Positions 1 through 10,220 of a stretch of DNA of 64,000 nucleotides are shown in pieces; positions within the stretch are counted from its first letter, which is position 1; the number at the start of each line of letters is the position of its first letter. The notes under the pieces were generated by a model. That model was not told where the DNA came from, searched no databases, and was given only the letters and a program-made list of their open reading frames with translations. The stretch spans positions 1 through 64,000 of the forward strand of contig JAEOTA010000036.1 of NCBI GenBank assembly GCA_016840085.1, given 5' to 3'. Made by a program: the position numbers and the translations under genes. This DNA comes from Promethearchaeota archaeon (GTDB taxonomy: Archaea > Asgardarchaeota > Lokiarchaeia > Sigyniarchaeales > SOKP01).

Positions 1-88
1 CCGGCTTCGCGTTATCGTACGCATTTCTAACCATTTCAGAGATCGCTTCTACTTTTCTTTTATGTATTGCTAGTTTTTCTTCGCTCAT
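1..88 (-). CDS. 5' end of a CDS running off the window (MSEEKLAIHKRKVEAISEMVRNAYDNAKP...), function unknown
   Basis: ATG at 88-86, open frame to position 1; same strand as and downstream of 205..1272. Confidence 0.6.
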   Translation of the reverse strand, partial: MSEEKLAIHKRKVEAISEMVRNAYDNAKP

Positions 89-204
89 GTCAAACACAGG
101 GTTGGGATTATTGCACGAAACGATTATATTTATTAATAAAATATTATTTATTAATAAAATTATTTAGCTTCAATAATAAATTGCTTCAGACTTTTTTTAA
201 TAGT

Positions 205-1272
205 TTATAAGGATTTAACAGATTTCGCCTTATTAGACTCGAGCATTAATTTCTTCTTTTTACGGCGCACCATCTCAACAAAGCTTTCTACTCTCGTCAG
301 AAGACCTGCCTCTCCCGAATGCTCATCCATTGTAATTTCCAAAAAAGGCAATCCCACAACTTTCATATCTCGCATAATTAATTCCGAGATAAGACTATCA
401 GGACCACACGCAAAGCTGATAAGAAAAATAACTCCATCAATCTCATCTCGTCCTTCCCTCATAAAATAGCGAATGGACTGCATAATTTCTTCTTCGTGCT
501 TCCAGTAATTCCTTAATCCACCCCCTCTAGGATTCACTATTACAGGTTCTTTAAAAATAAATTCTGGCAAGTTTTCGATGGTAATTACATCAACACCCTG
601 ATCTTTCAATTTCTTTTGAAAATCTAAATTGATAAAAGTATCAAAAAGGTTATAGGCATGGCCTAAGAGTAAGAACCTTATATCTCCTTTACTTTTTTTC
701 TTAGGTAATTTAAAAGGGAGGTTTCGTTGAACCAATCTTAATGCATGATTAACTGAAGCACCTTCTCTTAGAAATCTATGATATTCATCAAAATATTTCT
801 GAGCTTCTCTATAGGCATTTAGAGCTTGATTCTGTGTCCTACCTACCTCTTTTCCAAGTTCGATAGCTGAAGTTGCTATGGGAAATTCTTTCACATTCAC
901 TTCAAAATTTAAAATTTTAGGGATTCCAGGTAAGATTTTAATAACATCTGGAAGTGACAAGAATTTTGGACAAAAATAAGCTTCTTTTACTTCTGCTACG
1001 TATCGAGGTACAAAAATATAGTCTAAATCGGGGTTATCTCTTACTAGTTTTAATACGTGTCCGTAATAAATTTTAACAGGAATACAGAGTTCTCCAAATC
1101 CATGAGTCACACCCTCCTCAACTATTTTTTTATTGGTAGGTGGACTTAAAACGATTTCTACATCTAATTCTTCAAGTAGTTTCTTCCAAAAAGGAAAATA
1201 TCTATAATAATGAAGAGCTCGTGGTATTCCTACTTTAATTTTTTGTTTGCTTGTGTGATCACTTGTTTCCAT
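205..1272 (-). CDS. Acyl-CoA dehydratase activase-related protein (DUF2229 / 2-hydroxyacyl-CoA dehydratase-like)
   Basis: KVGIPRALHYY, ELCIPVKIYYGH, FCPKF, FACGPD and DEHSGEAG motifs. Confidence 0.8.
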   Translation of the reverse strand: METSDHTSKQKIKVGIPRALHYYRYFPFWKKLLEELDVEIVLSPPTNKKIVEEGVTHGFGELCIPVKIYYGHVLKLVRDNPDLDYIFVPRYVAEVKEAYFCPKFLSLPDVIKILPGIPKILNFEVNVKEFPIATSAIELGKEVGRTQNQALNAYREAQKYFDEYHRFLREGASVNHALRLVQRNLPFKLPKKKSKGDIRFLLLGHAYNLFDTFINLDFQKKLKDQGVDVITIENLPEFIFKEPVIVNPRGGGLRNYWKHEEEIMQSIRYFMREGRDEIDGVIFLISFACGPDSLISELIMRDMKVVGLPFLEITMDEHSGEAGLLTRVESFVEMVRRKKKKLMLESNKAKSVKSL

Positions 1273-1292
1273 TTGAATAGTTCCTCAACAGC

Positions 1293-2954
1293 TCATACAT
1301 CAGGAGTGTCGTAGAAAAGTAAATCTCTGATTCTATCCATCATATTGGTTGTTAATCTTTTAAGTTCATCATAATCCGGTATTGACTTGCCCCAATATTT
1401 TTGATGTTCCATGAAGGGCGCCCCTGCTTTTATTATTTGACCTTTATAGAAGTTTAGCATTTTTGCATGCTTAGGATATGTAGCCTCTGTCCCTGTTATA
1501 CCAATTGGGATAATAGGTACTTGAGTTTCTATTGCTAACCGTATAGGACCAGTATGACCTTCTAAAAGTTGACCATTTCCAGTATTAGTAGTTCCCTCAG
1601 GGTATGTACAGACAACCTCTCCCTGTTCAAGAAGTTCTTTTGCGTAATTATATGACTCCACATCATGTTCTCCTCGCTTTAAGGGAAATGCATGGTGATT
1701 TCTAACCCAAGCGTTAACAACTGGAATTTTAAACAGTGACTGTTTTGCCATCTGATACATTACACGTCTAGGTGGGTGATGGATCATACTTGCTGCCAGT
1801 ATGAGTACATCCCATTCAGAATTATGACTTGGACATATAAGAGCAGCACCTTCTTTTGGGATGTATTTATCAAAATCTATTACTTTATACGGCATCATAA
1901 GATCAGACCAAGCACAAACTAAATCTCCTGAAAAACACTGCACTGGTTTTTGAAATTGCGTCCGTACTCCAAATTCCTCTAAACTCCTTAAAAGAGCATA
2001 CCACGAATCATCAATAAGCTTAACAATTGCTTTTCCTTGATCTTTAAGATAAGTCATAAAATCAAATTTAGGCTTCCTTTCTATTTCTTCAGGAGATCCT
2101 ATGGATAGTTCCTCCTCTTCCTCTTCTTTTCCATAAATTCCTTCACGTAATTCCCAAACAATTTTTCTTAACTCATCGGTTTGTTTTCTGATCTCGTCAA
2201 AAGAAACCGTATTAATATCGTAATCGTTATAGTAAATCGGATCTCCAACGCGTACAATCACTTGAGTCGGTTTCATAACTAATTTCCCCTTAGGCAAAGC
2301 ATTTTTTGAACCCACAACCGCCATTGGAACAATTGGCACATCCATTTCAATTGCTAGTCGAACAGCTCCAGTTTTAAATTCGCCTAATTCTCCTTCATAA
2401 CTACGAGTCCCTTCAGGAAAAATACCAACCCATTCTCCACCTTGGATGACTTCTTTAGCTTTTTCCCATCCTCTTGCTGGATTTTCTCGATCCAATTTAA
2501 AAGCTCCAAGATTGTTAAATAGAGTTTTGACTATGGGCGTTTTAAAATTATCTAATTTGCTCATATACCGAATTCTTCGATGACAAGCAGCTCCATAAAA
2601 GAAGGGGTCTAAATGTGATTCATGGTTGCCAACTAGAATGCCTGGACCCCATTCTGGAAACATGTTTCCTTTCGGATATTCAGCTTTGAAGTTCCAAAAC
2701 GTTCGAGCAGCCCATTTGATATAAATATAAGCCGCCCACCATTGTAAACGCCCCTCAATTTGCTTTAAGTCTAATCGTTTAATAATATAACGATACAAAT
2801 CATTTAAAGGATCGATAGGATTGAATTTTAGTATTTTATAAGTCCAATCTTGGTGTCGTTTCTCATATTTTAACTCTTCTTGCATTTTTTCTTCTGTATG
2901 TTTCTTAAGATCCAGTTCTTCAGCAAGTTGATAACCCTTTTTTTCTAGTTCCAT
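1293..2954 (-). CDS. plsC: Lysophospholipid acyltransferase with two tandem PlsC domains
   Basis: Two HX4D motifs (NHESHLD, SHNSEWD) and two PEGT motifs (FPEGTRS, YPEGTTN), separated by an acidic linker. Confidence 0.85.
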   Translation of the reverse strand: MELEKKGYQLAEELDLKKHTEEKMQEELKYEKRHQDWTYKILKFNPIDPLNDLYRYIIKRLDLKQIEGRLQWWAAYIYIKWAARTFWNFKAEYPKGNMFPEWGPGILVGNHESHLDPFFYGAACHRRIRYMSKLDNFKTPIVKTLFNNLGAFKLDRENPARGWEKAKEVIQGGEWVGIFPEGTRSYEGELGEFKTGAVRLAIEMDVPIVPMAVVGSKNALPKGKLVMKPTQVIVRVGDPIYYNDYDINTVSFDEIRKQTDELRKIVWELREGIYGKEEEEEELSIGSPEEIERKPKFDFMTYLKDQGKAIVKLIDDSWYALLRSLEEFGVRTQFQKPVQCFSGDLVCAWSDLMMPYKVIDFDKYIPKEGAALICPSHNSEWDVLILAASMIHHPPRRVMYQMAKQSLFKIPVVNAWVRNHHAFPLKRGEHDVESYNYAKELLEQGEVVCTYPEGTTNTGNGQLLEGHTGPIRLAIETQVPIIPIGITGTEATYPKHAKMLNFYKGQIIKAGAPFMEHQKYWGKSIPDYDELKRLTTNMMDRIRDLLFYDTPDV

Positions 2955-3226
2955 TATATTAACCTTTTTTTAGCTAATAATTAAGTATAAATAATAATTC
3001 GAATTATCTACTATTTTTTTTATTAAAAATGGCGTTAATTTTTAATAAAATCCAAATTTTCGGACTGTATTATATCTTTACTTAAAGAGTTGTTTGTATA
3101 AAAAATTATCGATATCGATTCGAGTATGATTTAAAACTATAATTTCACCTTAAAATAAATAAGAATAACACTAAAAAATATAAAATAAAATAAAAAAAAG
3201 AGATTTAGAGATTTTAATAATATTTT

Positions 3227-4336
3227 TTAAAGTCTTAATTTTTTCCGATACTTGTGGATAATGATAGAAATGCTAAAGAGTACAATTATAGAAATTAGTG
3301 CAATTGGATAACTAGGAATAATTCCATCTCCATCTCCAGGTTCTTCTGGAAGAGTAAATTCGATGGTTATCTCTTCTTGAGCAACGCCGTACATGTTTTT
3401 TACTTCTACAGTTATGTCATAACTTCCCTCTTCGACGTCCCCTAAATCCCAATCCAAAAGATCCGGTATAGTCGCCCAATCTGACCATTCGGTGCCATTC
3501 TGGATACGATAAAGGTAGTCAGTGTCAATCTCTCCATCGTTATTATTATCCGCGTCCGTAATTGTAATGTTTAATTTGAAATCTGTTGAGTTTACAGTGA
3601 GAGATTCTGTCTCAGTGGTAAAACTGAAATCCGGAGGCAGTTGTGCTGGTTGTGACATAAGCGTTACATTAGGCATTTGAAGAGTTAATAAAGTATGTTC
3701 GAGTTTCTTAAATATTCCATCATCTGTAAAATTTACCATAAAATAATCAGTAGAATTCCAATACCGTATGGAATATATATTTGGATAAGTAGCATTATTT
3801 TGAAAGGGATAATCCTCAAGATGGACCCCTCCAACCCAATTAGACACATTTTGTAATATTTGTGCTGAAACTTTTCCACTGTCATCTATAGGTATAATTG
3901 ATGTGAAAAAAGATGCATATCCGAAGGATGCATTATACCAACATAGTGGCATTTCTGGAATCACATTTGGACCAAGCTCTTTCTCTCCTGAGGTTGCATT
4001 CACCATCCATATATTTCCATAAACAACAGTGCCATTTGGTAATGGTGGCATACCCAAATATGTATCTGAGATATTACCCTTTACTATTTCAAAGATGGTA
4101 TAGTTTTCATCAGGAAAATATGCTGGATATCCTATATGCGTTATATTCCCAACATACCACTCAGTGGGGTAAACGGAGAAATTAGGAATTCTTTCTGTGT
4201 CTACTCCATCATAGATCCATTCTTGTGCTACAGCTGTTCTTGGTATCAAAAAAAGAGGGAGGATCATCAATGTTAAAATACTAATCAAAATAATTCTCTT
4301 TGAATTTTTCATATTTTTATTCACATTGAATTCCAA
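3227..4336 (-). CDS. Secreted surface glycoprotein with Loki-CTERM-like sorting tail (paralogue 1)
   Basis: Signal peptide ending AVA-QEW, many N-x-S/T sequons, DADNNNDG motif, IPSY-TM-RKKLRL tail; true start may be the ATG of MKNSKR. Confidence 0.8.
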   Translation of the reverse strand: MEFNVNKNMKNSKRIILISILTLMILPLFLIPRTAVAQEWIYDGVDTERIPNFSVYPTEWYVGNITHIGYPAYFPDENYTIFEIVKGNISDTYLGMPPLPNGTVVYGNIWMVNATSGEKELGPNVIPEMPLCWYNASFGYASFFTSIIPIDDSGKVSAQILQNVSNWVGGVHLEDYPFQNNATYPNIYSIRYWNSTDYFMVNFTDDGIFKKLEHTLLTLQMPNVTLMSQPAQLPPDFSFTTETESLTVNSTDFKLNITITDADNNNDGEIDTDYLYRIQNGTEWSDWATIPDLLDWDLGDVEEGSYDITVEVKNMYGVAQEEITIEFTLPEEPGDGDGIIPSYPIALISIIVLFSISIIIHKYRKKLRL

Positions 4337-4567
4337 ATTTTATTTTACATTAATTAATAAAATTGTTGTTTAACATTTAAGTATAAGTTATATTTAAATC
4401 TTTACTTCACAACATAAGAATGTTTTAAATCGTTTTTATCGATATTTATAAAATTATGATTACGAATTGTTTTAATGCTCCTTAAATATAGTTTAATTTA
4501 GTATAATTTCAATCTGAAAAAGAAGTAAATAAAAAAAAGAGATTTAGAGAATTTTAATTACAATTTT

Positions 4568-5647
4568 TTAAAGTCTTAATTTTTTCCGATATCTGTGAAT
4601 GATGATAGAAATGCTAAAAATTACAATTATAGAAATTAGGGCAAATGGATAACTAGGGATAATTTCGCGTTTTTTCTTAGGAGGTTCATATTCGATTGTT
4701 ATTTCCTTTTGGGTGACTCCATACATGTTTTTTACTTCTATAGTTAGGACATAACTTCCCGCTTCGACGTCGCCTAAATCCCAATCTGCCAGATTCGGTA
4801 CATCTGCCCAATCTGACCATTCTGTACCATTCTGGATACGATATAGATAATCAGTATCAATTTCTCCATCGTTGTTATTATCAGCATCAGTAATATTGAT
4901 TTTTAACTTGAATTCAGTTGAATTAACAGTCAAAGTATCATGTTCAGTTGTAAAATCAAAAGCTGGGGCTTTCTGAGCTGGTTGCGACATAAGTGTATAA
5001 TTTTGGTAATCAAAACCCGTCTTATAATGTTCAAATTTTGTAAGTATTCCATCATCAGTAAAATTGGCCCTAAGATAGGCATTATTATAAGAACTATTCC
5101 AATAATGGAAGAAATATTCTTTGTAATAAGTAGCACTATTTTCAAAAGTAATGCCAGCCCACGAACACCATAGATCAATCAAAGAAGTTACATTATTTAA
5201 CATGTCTTCTGAAACTGTTCCATCCTTTTCTATAGGTATAATAAATGGAAACCATGCATGATAACCAAAAGATTGATTCCACCAAAACATTTCAATTTCT
5301 TTTGCTTGAATCCATTTCTCTCCTGAGGTAGCATTTACCATAGTTAATTTTACCCAAATTAGTGTGCCGTTTGCCCATGTTGTAAGCTCCCAATGTAATG
5401 CTGTTATATTAGCTTTTAATATTTCGATTATCGTATAATTTTCAGGGGAAGCATATATTCCTGTTTCATTGTAATTATACATTTCAGAAGGATACACTGA
5501 AAAATCAGGAATTATTTCCGTGTCTGCGCCATCATAGGTCCATTCTTGTGCTACAGCTGTTCTTGGAATCAAAAAAAGAGGGAGCATCATCAAAGTTAAA
5601 ATACTAATTAAAATAATTTTCTTTGAATACTTCATGTTTTTATTCAC
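4568..5647 (-). CDS. Secreted surface glycoprotein with Loki-CTERM-like sorting tail (paralogue 2)
   Basis: Same architecture as 3227..4336; near-identical signal peptide and tail. Confidence 0.8.
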   Translation of the reverse strand: MNKNMKYSKKIILISILTLMMLPLFLIPRTAVAQEWTYDGADTEIIPDFSVYPSEMYNYNETGIYASPENYTIIEILKANITALHWELTTWANGTLIWVKLTMVNATSGEKWIQAKEIEMFWWNQSFGYHAWFPFIIPIEKDGTVSEDMLNNVTSLIDLWCSWAGITFENSATYYKEYFFHYWNSSYNNAYLRANFTDDGILTKFEHYKTGFDYQNYTLMSQPAQKAPAFDFTTEHDTLTVNSTEFKLKINITDADNNNDGEIDTDYLYRIQNGTEWSDWADVPNLADWDLGDVEAGSYVLTIEVKNMYGVTQKEITIEYEPPKKKREIIPSYPFALISIIVIFSISIIIHRYRKKLRL

Positions 5648-5880
5648 ATTGAATTCTAAATTTAATTTAAACTAATTAATAAAATTGTTATTTTACATGT
5701 AAGTATAATCAATATTTAAATATTTACTTCACAGCACTAGAGTGTTTTAAATCCGTTTTATTAATATTTATAAAATTGTGATTACGAGTTTTTTCAATGC
5801 TCCTTAGACACAATTTAGTTTCCCTTAATTTATATCTAAAAAACAAGAAAATAAAAAAAATTTTTAATTTTTAAGATTTA

Positions 5881-7005
5881 TTACTTTTTACGGTGTTTTC
5901 TGATGAGAATTGAGGTAATTACAGTGAATAAAGTTAACACAAAGAAGAGAGGATATCCAGGGATAATTCCATCTCCGTCTCCATCTCCGTCCCCATCTCC
6001 ATCTTCTGGAAGAGTTAATTCGACGGTTATCTCTTCTTGAGTAACACCATACATATTTTTTACTTCTACTGTTATGTCATAACTTCCCTCTTCGACGTCC
6101 CCTAAATCCCAATCTAAAAGATTCGGTAGAGTAGTCCAATCTGACCATTCAGAACCATTCTGGATACGATAGAGATAATCTTTATCAATTTCTTCATCGT
6201 TATTATTATCAGCATCCGTAGCTGTAATGTTTAACTTAAATTCTGTTGAGTTTAGAGTTAGAGATCCAGTATCAGTAGTAAAACTGAATTCTGGAGGATT
6301 CTGTGCTGGTTGTGACATCGCGGTTATATTTGGATATAGAATTAATGGGGAATTAGTATGAGTTTTTATATTTATTCCATCCTGTGTAAAATTTTGATAA
6401 AGGTGAGCACCATTACTACTATTCCAAAACCTAATTGAATATATATTTGGATAAATCTGTTTATGTTCAAAACTGACTGGTTTTGGAAACATTGGAAAGA
6501 AAAAAGTCTCCCAAAATGTAGTTATATTATTTAATATATTTGCTGAGACTTTTCCCGTACTATCAACAGGTATAAATGGCATAAAAGGACTAAAATAACC
6601 AATAGATTCATTCCAAAAAGCTAATAAATAGTTCTCACTAGTTCCTGTGGCAAGAGATTTTTCTCCTGAAGTTGCGTTCACTAACCAAATAGTTCCCCAA
6701 ACAGCTATCCCATAAGCATTTACAGGAGATCCTACATATGAGAAATTACCTTTTATTACTTCTATTATGGTATAATTTTCAGGAGGAAAAACATCGGGGG
6801 CGGATTCAGATGTTAAATTTCCAATATACCACTCAGAGGGATATACAGAAAAATCAGGTATTTTTTCAGTATCAGCACCATCATAGGTCCATTCTTGTGC
6901 AGTTGTTCGTGGAGCGAAGAATGACCAGATTAAGATTATACTGAAACTTAAAATCAGTATTGTTTTGAGTGAATTTTTCATTTTTATTACTCCATTTGAT
7001 TTCAT
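5881..7005 (-). CDS. Secreted surface glycoprotein with Loki-CTERM-like sorting tail (paralogue 3)
   Basis: QEWTYDGADTE N-terminus, DADNNND motif, (GD)n linker, IPGY-TM-RKHRKK tail. Confidence 0.8.
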   Translation of the reverse strand: MKSNGVIKMKNSLKTILILSFSIILIWSFFAPRTTAQEWTYDGADTEKIPDFSVYPSEWYIGNLTSESAPDVFPPENYTIIEVIKGNFSYVGSPVNAYGIAVWGTIWLVNATSGEKSLATGTSENYLLAFWNESIGYFSPFMPFIPVDSTGKVSANILNNITTFWETFFFPMFPKPVSFEHKQIYPNIYSIRFWNSSNGAHLYQNFTQDGINIKTHTNSPLILYPNITAMSQPAQNPPEFSFTTDTGSLTLNSTEFKLNITATDADNNNDEEIDKDYLYRIQNGSEWSDWTTLPNLLDWDLGDVEEGSYDITVEVKNMYGVTQEEITVELTLPEDGDGDGDGDGDGIIPGYPLFFVLTLFTVITSILIRKHRKK

Positions 7006-7132
7006 AAATTCTATTTAGATTTATAGTTGATTAAAAGATCTGACACCCTAATATAAAAAGATTTCTTTTGATTTAGGATATTTACTTAAATGTAACAATA
7101 AATAGGAAAAAAAAGAATTTAATTTTTAAATT

Positions 7133-9238
7133 CTATATTTTTTTACGGTGTTTTCTGATGAGAATCGAGGTAATTGTCGTGAAAAGGATTAACACTAAGA
7201 AGAGAGAGTATCCAGGGATAATTCCATCAGATGGTTCTTCTTCTTCCTCTTCTTCTTCCTCTTCTTCTTCCTCTCCCTCTTCCGGTTCTGGGGAAATTTC
7301 AACTTCAACTTCAACATAATTTGAAAGAATCTGATCTGCCTTATTAATTGCTACAACTACATAGTAATATGTACCATTAGCCGTCTCGGTAATTGGCTCC
7401 TCTAATCCTGTAATACCTGATTTGACTAATGTCTCAGTTCCCGTAAGAGTTGTTATGGGATTACTACTTTTATAGATTGAATAGCTATCTGCATCAGATG
7501 ATGCATCCCACCATAACTTAAATTTGCCATCAGTATCAGGATCAGTGGCATCTTCGTATAGAGTGAAAGTTCCAGGATAAGGAACCGCAGACAATGCAAA
7601 AAATGATAAATTATCTGCCGATATCATTATTTTACCAACATCAACTATAGTAAAAGGAATCTCTTCCCAAGCTCCTTTTCCACCGTCAGCTGACATATTG
7701 AAATGCCAAGTTTTAACATATCCATATTTGCTGGAATCATAGTCAATGGTGATATTAACCAGACCTACTAAATTCTTAGTATCATTAACGAAGAGGTCAA
7801 TGAATAATAACCCATCATCTAAGGTTAAATTCATTGGATTAAGATGCATACCAGCAAATAGTAAGTGTGTATCATCTGAAACTGACATGTTTACATGGAC
7901 ATCGAATTCATCTGTGCTGTAAGGTTCGATTTCAAAGTCATGGTCATCTGAAATAATTGTTGAATTTTTGTAAAAGATGACCATATCTTCGGGGGCCATA
8001 AGACCCCTTGAATAGATGTATTTTATTAATCCATCGGGGAAATATTCTGTAAAAGCATCCTTTCCAGTAGCGGTATCGACCATTTTAGCCCAATAAGCAC
8101 CATATGTAATTTCACCTTCAGGATAAAACATAAACATTGGGGAATACGCTTCAGCAATCTCTTCTCCCGTTGTTCCTTTTGGGACTATAATTGTTGGTCC
8201 TCCTCCTTCAGTCATCATCGCTTCTAATATAATGGGAGACATATCATTTGCTATACCAATTGTAACATTATCATCAAGTATTTCCCATGAATTTATAGTA
8301 TAATTCCATACCGAAATATTAGCTTTTACTTCTTGAAAATAAGTAGGTATTTGAAAAGGATTGGAGCAATATGTACCATTAATAAATCCTGTAATATTGC
8401 ATTTCATCTCATCCCTCATTCCTATATAGAATTCATCACCAATATCTTTGCTCCATTCGACATCATCTAAAGGATTAAAATCGAATATTCTAGTATAGTT
8501 AAAAGTCAAACCCTCCGGAAAGTTAGTTGGATCCCAAATTGCATGAGTAAACATTTCGGCTGATTGTAGAATACCATTTGGATCATATTGCGCCTCTACA
8601 TATTCTCCTTCATTATTTTGAATTATAGTCATGTTATCATACACTAATACTGTTGTTGAGGACGGATCTGATGCCAACCATATGTAATAATCATCAACTA
8701 ATCTATCAGCACACCATTGAACCATCAATTCTGAATTATTCATTGGAATAAAGGGATTAATATATATCCATACAGGGTCAGAAGTCAAAACACCTGGACC
8801 ATGATAAAAATCTCCTAGCCCATAGTAATACGTGAAATTGACCAATGAATGATTACATATTAGGGGATTCCCATCAAAGTCATTTAAAACATCTAATGTA
8901 TTTGTAGTTGTATTAAAGTATAAATAAGTTAGTTCAATCCCATAGTAATCAAGAGAATCATACAAATATTCTGAATAATAATTTTTATAATATTTTGTTG
9001 CTGATATATTTAAATATATATCTGTGTGAATCATTAAAGCAGATCCGTTATACATTTTAAAGCTCCATCCTATAATAGTGCCATTGTCGAAATTCCATTT
9101 GACATTTTCATTTGGAGGTTTTGGTTTTGGATAAAAACCCGATGTAGCAGTTGTATTAATAAGTTTTACTGATACAACCGAGAGAAACGTCGTTGATATC
9201 AGTAATATAATTAAAATTATGTTTTTCTTGTTTTTCAT
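7133..9238 (-). CDS. Large surface glycoprotein with FN3/Ig-like C-terminal domain, poly-Glu linker and Loki-CTERM-like tail
   Basis: Signal peptide, sequons, FKLWWDASSDADSYSIY...YYYVVVA, long Glu run, IPGY-TM-RKHRKKI. Confidence 0.8.
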   Translation of the reverse strand: MKNKKNIILIILLISTTFLSVVSVKLINTTATSGFYPKPKPPNENVKWNFDNGTIIGWSFKMYNGSALMIHTDIYLNISATKYYKNYYSEYLYDSLDYYGIELTYLYFNTTTNTLDVLNDFDGNPLICNHSLVNFTYYYGLGDFYHGPGVLTSDPVWIYINPFIPMNNSELMVQWCADRLVDDYYIWLASDPSSTTVLVYDNMTIIQNNEGEYVEAQYDPNGILQSAEMFTHAIWDPTNFPEGLTFNYTRIFDFNPLDDVEWSKDIGDEFYIGMRDEMKCNITGFINGTYCSNPFQIPTYFQEVKANISVWNYTINSWEILDDNVTIGIANDMSPIILEAMMTEGGGPTIIVPKGTTGEEIAEAYSPMFMFYPEGEITYGAYWAKMVDTATGKDAFTEYFPDGLIKYIYSRGLMAPEDMVIFYKNSTIISDDHDFEIEPYSTDEFDVHVNMSVSDDTHLLFAGMHLNPMNLTLDDGLLFIDLFVNDTKNLVGLVNITIDYDSSKYGYVKTWHFNMSADGGKGAWEEIPFTIVDVGKIMISADNLSFFALSAVPYPGTFTLYEDATDPDTDGKFKLWWDASSDADSYSIYKSSNPITTLTGTETLVKSGITGLEEPITETANGTYYYVVVAINKADQILSNYVEVEVEISPEPEEGEEEEEEEEEEEEEPSDGIIPGYSLFLVLILFTTITSILIRKHRKKI

Positions 9239-9405
9239 TTTAGATAACGCTCTTAGTAAATTTTGAAAAATTGTTATAAAATAATTAAGTTAGTTTCATA
9301 TTTAATATTTACATTATAAATGTCATTTATTTTATACCTCTTGGTACATTATGATCTTTTCTCCTTAAAAACTAAAAATTTTTGAGTATCTTACTCTGAG
9401 AAAAT

Positions 9406-10140
9406 TTATTTCTCAACTAATTTAAATAAATCATCAAGCGACTCAATTAATAAGTCAGGATGTTGTTCTGCGAGTATTTCTTTATGACTAACTCCACTAG
9501 TAACTCCAATAGTCCAAAATCCAGCTTCTCTACCTGCGATAATGTCTGATGGCATATCACCAATCATTACGAATTCATCTCTTTTCCTTTTATCATATGT
9601 TTCTAGAGGTGGTTGAAGTGCCATAGGATCTGGTTTTTGGACAGGTATTTTATCGCTTCCGTAGATACCTTTAAAAAAGTTATTAATGCCTTCATTTTCT
9701 AGATGTTCAATTATAGTCTCAGTTTTATTATGAGACACAATAAAAAGATCGAAAATCTTTTTAAATCTATCCAAGAGAGGTTTCACAGCAGGAAATAAGG
9801 GAGCATCTTTAGAATATTCTAAATATTTAGAAAAAATCTTTATTGCTATGCGTAGTTTTTTAAAATATGATAAATCTTTAAGAACTGTGATATATTTGAA
9901 TATCTCATAAGATTCAAGCAGAACTTTCGGGAGAGGGTATCCTTGAATTGTTTCAAGTAGAGCACCTATCTCTTGAATTGTTGTATCCATATCAGTTGTA
10001 ATCCCTATTTCCTCAAGAACCTCTTTAATAGATCTTTCAAGAGGTTCTCTTACATCCAGTATAGTCCCATCAAAATCAAATATGATTGCTCGAAATGAAC
10101 CATTTTGAAGTCGTTTTATTAATTCTTCCCCATTATTCAT
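9406..10140 (-). CDS. HAD-superfamily phosphatase (phosphoglycolate phosphatase-like)
   Basis: FDFDGT, KPDP and IGDMPSD motifs. Confidence 0.9.
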   Translation of the reverse strand: MNNGEELIKRLQNGSFRAIIFDFDGTILDVREPLERSIKEVLEEIGITTDMDTTIQEIGALLETIQGYPLPKVLLESYEIFKYITVLKDLSYFKKLRIAIKIFSKYLEYSKDAPLFPAVKPLLDRFKKIFDLFIVSHNKTETIIEHLENEGINNFFKGIYGSDKIPVQKPDPMALQPPLETYDKRKRDEFVMIGDMPSDIIAGREAGFWTIGVTSGVSHKEILAEQHPDLLIESLDDLFKLVEK

Positions 10141-10220
10141 GATTTAGTTTCCTAATTTCTAGAATAAGTGTTAATTATTTAAAAAAAGTCAAAGACTTTA
10201 AATTTTATTTTAGAATTAAT

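Larger units (their letters stand above)
3185..5830. repeat. Tandem duplication of about 1.3 kb covering gene plus flanking intergenic DNA (boundaries approximate)
   Basis: Intergenic 4321-4500 aligns by eye with 5644-5820; 3190-3320 aligns with 4530-4660. Confidence 0.8.

Noticed and set aside
128-160. 15-nt direct repeat ATTTATTAATAAAAT
   Set aside because: Pure A/T sequence in an AT-rich intergenic region; cannot be distinguished from chance.
510-540. AATCC/GGATT hairpin encoding NPRGGGL in 205..1272 as a second intron
   Set aside because: The flanks cannot form a 4-bp central helix, and the frame is uninterrupted.
3227-7005. Diversity-generating retroelement behind the paralogue variation
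   Set aside because: No reverse transcriptase in the window and no adenine-specific TR/VR pair seen.
7234-7281. Purine-rich simple repeat as a contingency locus
   Set aside because: It encodes the poly-Glu linker with mixed GAA/GAG codons, in frame.
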